Shown here: positions 1 through 12,105 of the stretch, one piece after another | Layout of the letters: the number at the start of each line of letters is the position of its first letter | How positions within the stretch are numbered: position 1 is the first letter of the stretch | Assembly (NCBI GenBank): GCA_964016885.1 | Contig: OZ024740.1 | Span: 35,154,001-35,218,000 of the forward strand | Length of the DNA: 64,000 bases | Source of the DNA: Eledone cirrhosa | Lineage: Eukaryota | Reading direction: 5' to 3' | The notes under the pieces: generated by a model | What the model was told of the DNA's origin: nothing | Database searches by the model: none | The model's input: only the letters and a program-made list of their open reading frames with translations | Program-made: the position numbers and the translations under genes

Positions 1-405
1 GATGAGGTGATAAAAGCCGACCTTACCCAATTACACCTCTCAAAGACAATGACACACGACCGTGAATTCTGGCGTCACGCAGTAATACAGAGTACCCGAC
101 CTCCCATGGGTACAAGCTGAAGCATATAGACAATATGCCCCTACGCCCCCCACCGCAAGGTGGTCGTGGAGGTGCCACGGAAAAAAGCACCCAGCCCACA
201 CTGTAAAGTGGACGTGTAGGCGCCACGGAAAAAATGTACCCAGCACTCACTGTAAATGAGGTTGGTGTTAGGAAGGGCATCCAGCTGTAGAAACCAAGCC
301 AAATCAGTTCCTGTATGAGCAAGGCATGGTCAGCCGACCAGACACTGCCCACAACAGGACAACCCATCTAACCCATGCTAGCGTGGAAGAACGGACGTAA
401 AACGG

Positions 406-437
<32 letters not shown>
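1..437 (+). mobile_element. SINE family B copy (3' part, (GAT)n tail)
   Basis: Shares ggttggtgttaggaagggcatccagctgtagaaa and the ggacgtaaaa-(gat)n tail with copies at 2852-3190, 3268-3610 and 8887-9160. Confidence 0.7.
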
Positions 438-438
<1 letters not shown>

Positions 439-439
<1 letters not shown>

Positions 440-621
440 AATATAGAAATGGCTTCTACAGGACTAGAACTGTTTCATTCGAAGGAAATCATCAGAGCTT
501 TCCTGATGATTTCCTTCGAATAAAACAGTTCTAGTCCTGTAGAAGCCATTTCTATATTAAATATTTTATATATACTACTGTGTATTCAGTACCTTACAGT
601 GGTTACCCCCAATTGAACGCA

Positions 622-625
<4 letters not shown>
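439..625 (+). mobile_element. Fold-back Penelope-type pLTR fragment with hammerhead-like core
   Basis: 57-bp inverted arms 439-495/503-559 with one mismatch. The minus arm reads CTGATGA-tTTCcttcGAAt-GAAAC. Ends at a (CA)n(TA)n tract. A related fragment lies at 31222-31376. Confidence 0.6.
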
Positions 626-706
<81 letters not shown>

Positions 707-818
707 GACACACTCACGAAGCATTATGATAATAACGAAAAGTCAATGAAAAGGAATTGCTCATTGCTTTACGAATTATATATCTTTAAATTTGTTAATT
801 TCAATATTTCATCTTTAG

Positions 819-983
<165 letters not shown>

Positions 984-1058
984 TAGCTCTTTTCTTATTT
1001 GTTTTCATCTGCACACTTCTTACAAATAGTTACAATTCATTGCAGAGTTTTGCTTTAA

Positions 1059-1290
1059 CCCTTTAACATTCAAACCAGCCATATCCAGCCAAAATTCTCT
1101 CACCTTTTTCTGTTGAAACCGGCTGTAACCAGCCCCTCATACTGATGTTAAGCTATTGTTCTCAAAATAAATAATATCAAAATTTCATAGATTCAATATT
1201 ATGTGAAATAATATGCGAGATATTATGTGAGATAAAGCCTTTACTGTGAAAATATAATAGTAAATATAGAGTAATATGAATGCTAAAGGG
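1059..1290. mobile_element. piggyBac-type MITE
   Basis: TTAA|CCCTTTAACATTC ... GAATGCTAAAGGG|TTAA: CCC/GGG termini with TTAA duplicated at 1055-1058 and 1291-1294. Confidence 0.8.
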
Positions 1291-2482
1291 TTAAAATTGG
1301 AATGAATGACATATCTTCCTTATCATATTTTACAGTTGTGTTCTCTTCAAATGAAGCGCCTTCCTTCCAATAAAACATGTACATTGAACATCAAATTAGT
1401 TTACAGAGGAAATGCAAGACATCTTCTAAAATCAAGTTATAATGTTTCCAAAAGTTGGAGAAAATATCTTTGATATGTGCAATACATAATTCATAGAGCA
1501 TTACATAGCGGTTTTAGGTAATTTGAAATGTAAGACATATCTTTTTAAAAAAAAACATACAGGAATATGCATCTTTGCAAGTATGGCAAAATGACCCTTA
1601 AAATAAATTTTATTGTGATGGTTGTTTGGTTGTATAAGATATCTTTGGGCGTTTTGCTTCACAAAACCCTTGATAAACCATGTGTATCTATTAGTCCACT
1701 CTCTACCCCCTTATCTACCTTATGATACCATAGGAGGACACTTGATTTATCCATTCACCAGCACTGTTTATCACACCTGTTATCATTACCACCCACTTCA
1801 TTCTTATACTCACCTTGTGTAACAAGGGTTGATGTTGGACCTACCCATATTCACCACTACCACCTTCTAACTAGCTGATATACTTCTCTGTTGCTAGTCA
1901 CCACTCAATATTATTGACCAAAGGGGTCAGTAGTCATATTTCACAAAGAAGAGAGTTTAGGAGAATGATTTGCATAACAGAATTCATTGCCATTATTACA
2001 TAAGGGCAATGGATTGGCAGTATCGGTAGAGCGTCAAACATAGTGGAAAGAGAAAACACGCGTGCTATACAGTCCATGATGGTGTGAATGGACCAAAAGA
2101 CCTCTAAAAACAGCACGTTTTCTCTTTCCACCATGTGTATATACTAATTATCTGATATATATTTAGAAGTGTGGACCATATTGTTGGTCCACCTGTTGAT
2201 AAGCCATCAACTGTATCAATTTACACTTTATTTGTGGCGAAACATGCTATAGAGCATGTCCAGGTAATAGTTATTATCGGATGGTTTGTACATTTTAATT
2301 TATTCTTTTAATGTGTATTCTTTTAATATGTATTCTCCATTCCTTTCGTAGACAATATATTTTTCATTCTGGAGGTATTCTATCCCCTATAATTGAACAC
2401 ATACCTCTTTGTGTATTTTTTTCTATATTTTTATCTTATATATATATATGTAAGTAGTTCCACAACAGTTAATAACCATTTC

Positions 2483-2522
2483 CGAGAACAATTTGTTTCA
2501 CCTCAAACGGATCATCAGCTCG
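2483..2522 (-). ncRNA. Minimal type-I hammerhead ribozyme motif
   Basis: Minus strand: CGAG-CUGAUGA-uCCguuugaGGu-GAAA-C-aaauu-G-UU-CUCG. Stem I is CGAG/CUCG and stem III is a single bp. Same family as 17316-17353. Confidence 0.7.
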
Positions 2523-2591
2523 TTTTAAATGAGATAACACTTAAATGAGTGCTCTACTACTGCGGATATAACCGCTATATATATACATGTA

Positions 2592-2622
<31 letters not shown>

Positions 2623-2702
2623 GTAAACAGAAATAACAACACAATCGGTACAGTATATGGAACGGATATATTAGGTTAATGCTTGATATATCAGGAAGAG
2701 GG

Positions 2703-2738
2703 TCTTAACGTTTCAGACACTAGTCCTTCATCAGAAGA
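2703..2738 (-). ncRNA. Minimal type-I hammerhead ribozyme motif (loopless stem III)
   Basis: Minus strand: UCUU-CUGAUGA-a-GGAC-uagu-GUCU-GAAA-C-G-UU-AAGA. The palindromic AACGUU replaces stem III. Confidence 0.7.
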
Positions 2739-2851
2739 AAGAATGAGAAATAAGATGGATAGAGGGGACGGGCAGGTTTGAATTGGAAAAATGTCTTTAG
2801 ATAAAAATAACAGGTCCATTCATATTGACATCTCATATATATATATATATA

Positions 2852-3190
2852 TCATCATTTCATCATCATTTCATTTTACGTTCGCTTTTCCCTGCTTGCA
2901 AGGGTGGGATGGGAACTGATTCTGGCTTGATTTCTACAGCTGGATGCCCTTCCTAACACCAACCTCATTTACAGTGTGGGCTGGGTGCTTTTTTGACGTG
3001 GCACCTCCATGACCACTCTACAGTGGAATGATATGGACCCCAGTCATTATCATCTCATTGCCACAGCTGAGTAAACTGGAGCAATGCGAAATAAAGTGTC
3101 TTGCTCAAGGAAACAACACATCACCCGGTCTGAGAATTGAACTCACAACCTTTCGATTGCAAGGCCAATGCTCTAACCACTAAGCCATGT
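2852..3190 (-). mobile_element. tRNA-like SINE family B, near full length
   Basis: Reverse complement of 3268-3610, with an (ATC)n tail at the left end. Confidence 0.8.
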
Positions 3191-3191
3191 G

Positions 3192-3267
<76 letters not shown>

Positions 3268-3610
3268 GGAGGCACATGGCTTAGTGGTTATAGCATTGGC
3301 CTTGCAATCGAAAGGTTGTGAGTTCAATTGTCAGACAGGGTGATGTGTTGTTTCTTTGAGCAAGACACTTTATTTCACATTGCTCCAGTTTACTCAGCTG
3401 TAGAAATGAGATGATAGAGACTGGGGTCCATATCATTCCATTGCAAAGTGGTCGTGTAGGCGCCACAGAAAAAAGCACCCAGCACTCACTGTAAATGAGG
3501 TTGGTGTTAGGAAGGACATCCAGCTGTAGAAATCAAGCCAGAATCAGTTCCCATCCCACCCTTGCAAGCAGGGAAAAGCGGACGTAAAAATTGATGATGA
3601 TGATGATGAT
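3268..3610 (+). mobile_element. tRNA-like SINE family B, full length
   Basis: Head has A-box-like TGGCTTAGTGG and B-box-like GAGTTCAATT, and the copy ends in a (GAT)n tail. Confidence 0.8.
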
Positions 3611-3861
3611 ATATATAAAGGTGGATATTGTGGTAAAAAATGACAAATAAACAAAAGAAAATATTTCTTTTTACCCACTATATTTTATCATAATATTTAA
3701 TTGTAAAAACCTTTTCAAATGAAAACGAAAAAGATGTATCCTCCTCTACCTGATCTTTCCTATGTTGTATGTGTGGATTGTGCATGTATGGAGCAGTCAT
3801 AAAAGCCACTCTCCTACATGTTGAACTGTTCTATTGTAATATAAGTAATTTTGGTGTTTAA

Positions 3862-4072
3862 CCCTTTAGCATTCACTGTTACTCTATATTTACTATTGTA
3901 TTTTCACAGTAAAGGCTTTATATCACATAATATCTCACATAGTATCGAATCTATGAGATTTTGATATTATTTATTTTGAGATCAATACCTTCACATAGGT
4001 ATGAGTGGCCGGTTTGAACATAAAGAGGTGAGAGAATTCTTGCCGGATATGGCTGGTTTAAATTCTAAAGGG
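3862..4072. mobile_element. piggyBac-type MITE, inverted copy of 1059-1290
   Basis: TTAA|CCCTTTAGCATTC ... TTCTAAAGGG|TT. Internal sequence is a diverged reverse complement of 1059-1290. Confidence 0.75.
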
Positions 4073-4188
4073 TTTTTAATCTATTCTAGTTGTTTACTTG
4101 TATTCTTTTTGTCAATCAATAATTTGAGAATATATTTTCAGATTTTACAGAAAGTAATTTTCTTATTTCTATTTGTAATCAATTCCAG

Positions 4189-4383
4189 ACTGTTCAAGAA
4201 GCTCTTGATAAAGCCAGAGAAGGCCGTACCTGTTTAGTTGTTGCCCATAGACTTTCAACAATTAAGAATGCTGACAAAATAGCTGTCATAGTTGATGGCA
4301 AGGTACATGAAATAGGAACACATACTGAATTAGAGGAGAACAGGGATGTTTACTTTGATTTACTTAACAATCAAAATCTTTAA
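4189..4383 (+). CDS. ABCB1: Last coding exon of the ABCB1/MDR-like P-glycoprotein
   Basis: Acceptor ...aattccAG (4187-4188). Translates [64 protein letters not shown]-stop (H-loop AHRLSTI), in frame with the 819-965 exon. Confidence 0.93.
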   Translation, partial: TVQEALDKAREGRTCLVVAHRLSTIKNADKIAVIVDGKVHEIGTHTELEENRDVYFDLLNNQNL

Positions 4384-4890
4384 ATTTTATATACAAAATA
4401 TTAAATAGTGCAATTTTTTAAATTAAAAATATTATTATATTATAAACATAATTTTGTTGTTAACTTAATTAATGTGTTTATATTTACCGTGCTGTTTATT
4501 TTTGTAAACTTAACCGAATAAGCTTACTTATTTTATATATTTCTCTAAAAATAATAGTTAAGGTACTTGATAAACATCTAAACAGTACAGTAGTTTTACA
4601 TACATACATACACACGGACATACACACATGCACACACACAAAGACTGACATGCGCATACACATACACACACAAAGACAAACATACACAGACTGACATGAA
4701 CATACACACAAACACACACATAGGTAATTAACTCTGAACAACAACTATGTATGCACTGAAAACTATGTATGAACTGAACAACTGTGTATGTATTCAATTA
4801 CTATGTACGTACTCAATAATAATGTACACAACAACCATCTACGTACTCAAGTATTTAAAGATATCCTTTTTATCTATACATCAACTTTAA

Positions 4891-5128
4891 CCCTTTCATG
4901 TCCATATTTCTAATAATAGATACTGCTTATGATTTTCAAATAATTTTGAAAATAACTCAGAATTTGGATCATATATAACCAACTTTTTCATTTATTAGCT
5001 AGTATTTTTAACATAAAAATGTTTACATAAATTTATGGAAGGTTTTAAAATAAATAAATACACTTTAAAATAATCAGTTTTATATCCTAGAAACAGGGCT
5101 TGTTTCAGGTGGTTTGGTATCAAAAGGG
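4891..5128. mobile_element. piggyBac-type MITE (different internal sequence)
   Basis: TTAA|CCCTTT ... AAAGGG|TTAA (TTAA at 4887-4890 and 5129-5132), similar length of about 238 bp. Confidence 0.65.
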
Positions 5129-5457
5129 TTAAAATAACTTTCAGTTGTCAATAATTACACCTTGAGGAATACACATTTACTACACTACTGATATATTTAA
5201 TATTGCTATTGTTTGCTGAATATGAATAAGGAATCAAATGTTTCCTGCCCGGCTAAGCTCATTTTCCCACCACTTAGTATATCATAGTGTATTTATAAAT
5301 TTCTGCGATTCTGTCACAACATGTAAAAAGAGAGGAGTAGTTTGACTACCTCATACTACTCCCCTCTCTTTACTTCTGCTGCCTGCATGAATGTATGTGT
5401 GTGTAAAAGGAATAAAGGGGAAGCGTGTCTGTGTTTGCACCTTTATATTTATATACT

Positions 5458-7884
5458 TTTAGCAGCGTAGTATATAAATGTTATTGAGACACGAGTAACA
5501 TAATAATGATGTCAACAGCAAAAATTAGAGATGAAATGTATGTTTATTTTTGTTGTAGCACAAATAATATTTGTTAACTTGTATGGTTGAACTTACACAT
5601 AAAATGAGGTTACAAAAGGGAATGTGCCATTGTGCCAGGCCCAAGGAAAGCCGGCAGGCCAAAGTGCAAGATCTCACCGTCACATGTTGTACGTGTTGCT
5701 GATTCGAAGTTCCGGGTGCGAGAGAGAGAGATTCTTCAAATCTTCGCGGGGAATCTCTCCCTCCGGGCGCGTAGGGATACATCCTCTTCTACTGGCGTTG
5801 ATTGGCTGAGCTGAGCCAAATCACGCACAGAGAATGTATGTGAGCCCGCGGAATGTAGGTCACTACAATACTCCCCCTCTAGACGAAAGACGATACAGAT
5901 TATTGAATCAGCAAGAAAAAATGCTGAAAGAGCACATCAATGAAAAAATAATTGAGCAGAAGGATGCATGCAAGAAAAAAAATGAGGTGCTAAGGGCCGT
6001 GTTGAGCCGCTGTGTCAAATGACTAACTGTTTTGTAGTTTATACGTGACCACCAAAGGTCTAACAGAAAACGGATAAAGTCTGACATGGGCGAAGTTGCT
6101 GTTCTTGCATTAAATGTTAATGGTAAGTGTTGTACCAGTAGCTGTGGATGAAGCTATTATGGTAGTTTACCAGTGCTGGCAAGAAGATTATGGGTAGGGG
6201 AGAAAATGTCTGCCTCCCAGATGTATTGCCGAAAGTGCTGGGCAGCCAGGAGAAAATGGCTGGTTGCTTTGAAAAGAAAAAAGCAAGTTGAATCTGTAGG
6301 TGGGTAGTAGTTGCAGTGTAAATTCCATAATTCCGGCGAATCCACAGAAGTGGTGGAAATGCAGACAAGTCCAGTTCTATTTGTTGTTTTCCTAGTGAGT
6401 CGGGTAAGGTAACAAGATGGAGGTTGTTATGGACGATGAGTGTGCAACGAGATGCGAAACTGTTTGAGTTCAGCTGCAATTAGCATTCTCGTGTTGTGGT
6501 GCCTGTTTGAATCCAGGTGAATTAAGCTCTATGAGTCGCTAGCATGTGACGGCATCTCAACCAGGTGAAAAGGGATCTCGCAGAATATTACGTTTGAAGA
6601 ACATATACTAAGAACAGCATGTTGGTTGGTGACAAAGAAATGTGTGCATATGCAGACATGTAAAACAGCAAATAAATGTATGGGTGCAGTCATATATACA
6701 ATGATAAAGAAAATGATGCAGTCATATATACAATGATAGAAAAAAAATGAATTTCCATATAATACAGTTTTAAAAAAATAAATGTCCAAGATAAATGCCT
6801 GAAAAAAAAAGGAAGAAAGAAAGAATTGTTTCTTTTCTTTGAAATTTCTTTGGGATCGCTCTTACTAGGGAGCTAGTAGAGTTGTTGTTGTTGTTAAAGC
6901 AAAGTCACAATGAATCTTCTGTAGAGTCGAAGTCGAACGTTGAAGAACCTAGAATCACCAATATGGCAGCCACGTCTGACGCCATAGTGGTGAGAAGACT
7001 GATGTCTTAATTTCTCGAGTCCTTGTGGTAACGAGACATAAGGTATGGTGGTTGCATCGGTAAAGTTACAAGCTTCCACATCGCCATTCCCTGGTGTTGG
7101 TTAGTAGTTAGCCATGTGTTGCTGCTGATGGCTGTAACTTGGTGGTAGCCGTTTTGAAATTTCCTCGTGGCGTAAACTTTTTTTTCTTTTTATACATACA
7201 CTGCCAATTTTAATCTCATTTCAAAAGGAATATTTTGAACTAAAAATATTCATCACGTCGGGGTCACCACTTTTAGCAGCGTAGTATATACATGTTATTG
7301 AGACACGAGTAACATAATAATGATGTCAACAGCAGAAATTAGAGATGAAATGTATGTTTATTTTTGTTGTAGCACAAATAATTGTTTCTACTTTAGGCAC
7401 AAGGCCAGCAAATTACCCAGTATATTACTGGTACTTTATTTTATCGACCCCGTAAGGATGAAAGGCAAAGTTAACCTCGGCGGGATTTGAACTCAGACTG
7501 TAGAGGGACGTAACTATGCTATAAAGCATGGCGTCCAACCCTCTACCGATACTGCCAATTCACCACCCTTGTTGTAGCACAAATAATGTTTGTTAACTTG
7601 TATGGTTGAAGTTACACATAAAATGAGGTTACAAAAGGGAATGTGCCATTGTGCCAGGCCCAAGGAAAGCCGGCAGGCCAAAGTGCAAAATCTCACCGTC
7701 ACATGTTGTACGTGTTGCTGATTCGAAGTTCCGGGTGCGAGAGAGAGATTCTTCAAATCTTCGCGGGGAATCTCTCCCTCCGGGCGCGTAGGGATACATC
7801 CTCTTCTACTGGCGTTGATTGGCTGAGCTGAGCCAAATCACGCACAGAGAATGTATGTGAGCCCGCGGAATGTAGGTCACTACA
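5458..7884 (-). mobile_element. Small non-autonomous or decayed LTR retrotransposon (Gypsy-like)
   Basis: Near-identical LTRs at 7272-7884 (5', interrupted by a SINE) and 5458-5867 (3', 410 bp), both starting TGTAG on the minus strand. PBS TGGTGACCCCGACGTGAT (complement of the tRNA-Trp 3' end) lies 2 nt after the 5' LTR. PPT AGAGGGGGAG precedes the 3' LTR. TACT TSD at 5454-5457 and 7885-7888. The 1.4-kb interior has a gag-like relic (FPP...DSPELW near 6325-6360) and no pol. Confidence 0.88.
7383..7568 (-). mobile_element. SINE family A inserted in the 5' LTR
   Basis: 19-bp TSD TTGTTGTAGCACAAATAAT at 7364-7382 and 7569-7587. The empty site is visible in the 3' LTR. B-box-like GAGTTCAAATCC on the minus strand. 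Confidence 0.9.
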
Positions 7885-8886
7885 TACTCATACATATAAA
7901 TGTATGCATATGCACATATACACACGCACACACATATACACATATGCTGATGTGTATGGAGAAATTTATAGTATTTAATATTGTTACTGTTTGCTAAATC
8001 TAAATAAGAAATCAAATATTTCCTGCCTGGCTAAGCTGATTTTCCCACCATTTAGTATATCATAATACATTATATTAATACAATTAATGAGTTCCAATTG
8101 TGTATTGATACATGTATCTGACACTACTTGTCAAAGAATGCTGCAATCTTTCACTTAATGAAATCTTTTGATCCTAACACGACATTCTTCCACTCAGCAT
8201 CTAGTATGAACCATCATTGACTTAACTCTATTTCCTCTGCTGATGTCACATCGCCTGTCACACCGCCACCCCATGGTTGGATTCTTTAAAATTGTATATG
8301 TACCAACATATATACACATTATTGGATGGCCGTTGACTTTACCTTTTGACAAGTTTCATTTTTCATTCCACAGTGTTAAAAAGATCACCCTCTTCACCAA
8401 GCAGGTTTGGTGCACACAGGTTTTACTGGGTTATAATGCTACTGGTAGCATTCAAGAGTTATCTGGGAGTCAGGATAGATAGATAGATAAATAGATAGAT
8501 ACAGAGATATATAGATAGATAATATAACTATAATGTAAAATTAGTACAATTTATTGCACTGGGGCAAACGTTCTGATAATACTAGTAATAGACTGCAAGT
8601 TAACACAGGAGAGCTGGGCAGCAGAAGGTCTTCATGCTTAAATCTCTTTAGATATGATCTTAGTGCCTACGTAGAGTGACTCTAAGACTCTAAGACAACC
8701 TGCTTATAAACATCACAGTGTAAACAGTGTGTAATACTTCTTGTTTATATATAACTCAGATGATTTGTTATCCTGCAGAACTTATGTTTTATAGAGATTT
8801 TAATTAGGTAATTGAGACTCTTTGTCATGCACATAACGTGGATGACGGCAATAGGGATTTGGTTTTAGAAAGGTTCAATATCAGAA

Positions 8887-9160
8887 ATCATCATCATCAT
8901 CGTTTAATGTCTATCTTCCACGCTAGTATGGGTTAGACGGGAATTGTCCCACTTGAGGCAAGATTGGTCGGGTGACTGTGTCTCGCTCATATAGGACTAT
9001 CTGGCAGGTTTTCTATGGCTGGATGCCCTTCCTAACACCAACCACATTTACAGTGTGGACTGGGAACTTTTTAGCATGTTACCTACACAGCCACATTACA
9101 GTTTGGACTGTGTTTTTTTGTCGTGACACCTACACGACCTTATTACTTAGGACTGGATGT
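8887..9160 (-). mobile_element. SINE family B, 3' part
   Basis: (ATC)n tail followed by ggctggatgcccttcctaacaccaacc, shared with 2852-3190. Confidence 0.7.
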
Positions 9161-9607
9161 TGTGGTATCAACATAACTTTATAGAGAAAGCGTGGTGTTG
9201 GTGGGAGTGGGAAGATGGAGTGGGGTTGGGGTGTATATTTGGAATATCTGTGGAGATCTGAAGGTTATGCTATGGTTGTCACTAGACCAGTAGGATTGTA
9301 GCTAGAACAGTACAGCAAGTACTGTTGTTGTTGTTTTATATGTGAGTAGAACAGTAGCGACAGAACTATTATGATCAAAAGCGTTGACTAGACAACAACA
9401 ATATTTTGAACTGTTAACTTTGACTTTTAGAAAATATTCTTTCTTCTTTTGCACATCCAGCTTGGACTTTGGTAAAACTTTATTAAAACAATGAATATAG
9501 CATAAAGTGGATTCAAATACTTGAGAATTCCCCATGTAAGTGATGCCAAGATTAAAGAAGGTAAATTTGTTGCACTGCAGATTAAAAAAATTGTTGAAGG
9601 AGAGTAG

Positions 9608-9793
9608 AATAATTGTTTCTACTTTTGGCACAATGCCAGCAATTACCCCAGTGCATTACTGGTGTTTTATTTTATTGACCCAATAAGGATGAAAGGCAAA
9701 GCTAACCTCGACAGGATTTGAATCTCGAATGTAAAGAGCCATAACTCTATGCTGCAAAACATGGTGTCTGATGCACTACCAATACTGCCAATC
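9608..9793 (-). mobile_element. SINE family A
   Basis: aattgtttctacttttggcaca...aaggatgaaaggcaaagctaacctcg...tactgccaatc matches 7383-7568. Confidence 0.8.
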
Positions 9794-9897
9794 TGTAGAA
9801 TAATGATGAGAAAGATGCGTAGCAAAATCTTAAGAGTCCATGTAAACATTTTTGGAAATCACAAGGATGAACTCTATTCTAAAATAGATGGTGACTT

Positions 9898-10440
9898 ACT
9901 AATTAGATGTAATAGGTTATTAAAATAGGTAATGGGAAGACTTATTAATTAGTTAGATGTAATAGGTTATCAAAATAGGTAATGGGAAGTCTTATTAATT
10001 AGTTAGATGTAATAGGTTATTAAAATAGGTAATGTGAAGTCTTATTAATTAGTTAGATGTAATAGGTTATTAAAATAGGTAATGGGAAGTCTTATTAATT
10101 AGTTAGATGTAATAGGTTATTAAAATAGGTAATGGGAAGTCTTATTAATTAGTTAGATGTAATAGGTTATTAAAATAGGTAATGGGAAGTCTTATTAATT
10201 AGTTAGATGTAATAGGTTATTAAAATAGGTAATGGGAAGACTTATTAATTAGTTAGATGTAATAGGTTATTAAAATAGGTAATGTGAAGTCTTATTAATT
10301 ACTTAGATGTAATAGGTTATTAAAATAGGTGATGTGAAGTCTTATTAATTAATTAGATGCAAAGTCTTACAAATTAATTAGATGCAACATGTCATTTAAA
10401 TAGAATGTGATGTGAAGTCTTACTAATTAATTAGATGCAG
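9898..10440. repeat. 50-bp minisatellite, about 9 good copies plus a degenerate end
   Basis: Unit AATAGGTTATTAAAATAGGTAATGGGAAGTCTTATTAATTAGTTAGATGT. Confidence 0.95.
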
Positions 10441-10461
10441 TATATTGTTAAAATTGAAGAT

Positions 10462-10655
10462 AATTATGACTCACATCTGGTGCTATATTAATTATGACTC
10501 ACATCTGGTGCTATATCAATTATGACTCACATATGGTGCTATATCAATTATGACTCACATCTGGTGCTATATCAATTATGACTCACATCTGGTGCTATAT
10601 CAATTATGACTCACATTTGGTGCTATATTAATTATGACTCACATGTGGTGTTATA
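10462..10655. repeat. 28-bp minisatellite, about 7 copies
   Basis: Unit AATTATGACTCACATCTGGTGCTATATY. Confidence 0.95.
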
Positions 10656-11129
10656 AAAATCTGACAATTCCCTGCTCTGGACTGCTACTATGTTTATCAA
10701 CCCTGCAATGATGAAAAAATAATTGTCTCATCGGGATTTCAACTTAACGCAGAAAGCCGGAACAAATACCACAAAGCATTCTACCTGACAGTCTAATACC
10801 TTTGCTAATTGTTTACCTGATTACCTAATTATATAACAAAGTGCATGCAAATATACCCAATAGTGAGCAGAAAACTATATTAATCAATTGAAATTATATT
10901 TTTGTTAACTCTAATGAATTTTGTCTTTCAATATAAACTGAAAGAAAAAAAAAAAAGTAAACACATTAGCGTTAACAAAAATTTCTTTCCGAGGAAAGCA
11001 AGGGAAATAACTCTGAAATTTAAATTGATTAAAGATTACATGTAAATATAAAGATGAACAGGGTATATTGTATATAAATCTAAAGACTGTCTGTAGGTCG
11101 ATTCTAAATTATTTAGTTGATAGTTTAAT

Positions 11130-11686
11130 ATGAGCGACAGGAGACCCCGAATAAGATGGTTGGATAACATCCATCTTACTTGGGGAAACAACTGGATCAT
11201 TTGGAAAGAATTGCTTTTGACAGGGCAAACTGGGAGAGGTGTGTTTGATGACTGTCTCCACGACCTTCTCAGAAATATGTGGGTGATGAACAAGTGGAAG
11301 AAGAAGAAGAGGAAGAAGAAGATGTATAATAATAAAAAGAAGAAGAAGAAATATAAGAAGTTTAAGAAGAAGAAGAAGAAAAAAGAAGTATAAGAAGAAA
11401 AAAGAAGAAACAAGGAGAAGAAGAAAAAGAGGAAAAAAGAAGAAAAAGAAGAAGGAAAAGACGAAGAAGAAGGAAAAGAAGGAAAAGAAGAAGAAGAAGA
11501 AGAAGAAGAAGAAGAAGAAGAAGAAGAAAAAAAGAAAAGAAGAAGAAAAAAGAAGAAAAAGGAAAAGATGATATAAAAGAAAGAGAAGAAGAGGAAAAAG
11601 GAAAAAAAAAAAAAAAGAAGAAGAAGAAGAAGAAGAAGAAGAAGAAGAAGAAGAAGAAGAAGAAGAAGAAGAAGAAGAAGAAGAAG
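11130..11686 (+). mobile_element. RTE-like LINE 3' fragment with an expanded (GAA)n tail
   Basis: RRPRIRWLDNI resembles the RTE C-terminal GRP..RW.D motif. A GAA/A-rich tract follows at 11297-11686. Confidence 0.5.
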
Positions 11687-11999
11687 CAATATTTTAAAGG
11701 TTTAAATAGATCACCACCTGTATATTTTGGTGAATACCCGAAACCAATGAGAAAAATTAACTTATCACGTACAGCCCAGAAAAGAGGTGTTCAACACGGT
11801 TTGTGTCTACCCCAATTCACACAGAAAACATGAGACAATCGGAGATTATAGTAGAAAACACATACCACAATTGTAACGCAGAGAGTGTGTATCAGAGACC
11901 ACATCCATTGTGAAGTGAACATTATAACAACGTATGGCCAGTTTTCACTTACAAAGAAAAATAATTTTCGGTCCAGCACAGGACTAGATTCAGCTACCT

Positions 12000-12105
12000 T
12001 AAAAATACAGCGCATCTCCATTACCATCATCCGGGGGAAACGCCTTCTTCATTCTGTCCGCCGGGGCTGTCGGGCGGCCAGCACGTGGGACCCCATTTGC
12101 TCACT
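12000..12105 (+). mobile_element. CRE-like LINE 3' end fragment
   Basis: QRISITIIRG and ggccagcacgtgggaccccatttgc, shared with 39110-39205. Confidence 0.65.

Larger units (their letters stand above)
8557..9885 (+). pseudogene. Decayed Chapaev3-like (CMC superfamily) DNA transposase, interrupted by two SINEs
   Basis: Ordered peptide relics WNICGDLKV (9240-9266), HIQLG (9452-9466), SDAKIKEGKFVALQIKK (9539-9589) and FGNHKDELY (9851-9877) match motifs I recall for this family (W.ICGDLK, HIKLG, S.AK.KEG.FVGPQIR, FLGNHK..NY). CACTG at about 8557 may be the left end. Confidence 0.65.

Noticed and set aside
3268-3345. tRNA-like sequence with A and B boxes
   Set aside because: It is the head of a multi-copy SINE with no convincing cloverleaf.
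4001-4237. 78-aa ORF overlapping the last ABCB exon
   Set aside because: It starts in a MITE and overlaps the exon in a different frame from the conserved ABC protein.
4400-4427. ATTAAA hexamers after the ABCB stop as polyadenylation signals
   Set aside because: Expected by chance in such AT-rich sequence and not assignable without transcript data.
7250-7269. Sequence identical to a tRNA-Trp 3' end including CCA
   Set aside because: Only 18 nt and adjacent to the LTR, so it is a primer-binding site rather than a tRNA gene.
11036-11689. 217-aa poly-L/F/S ORF and the K-rich antisense ORF
   Set aside because: Product of the (GAA)n tract.
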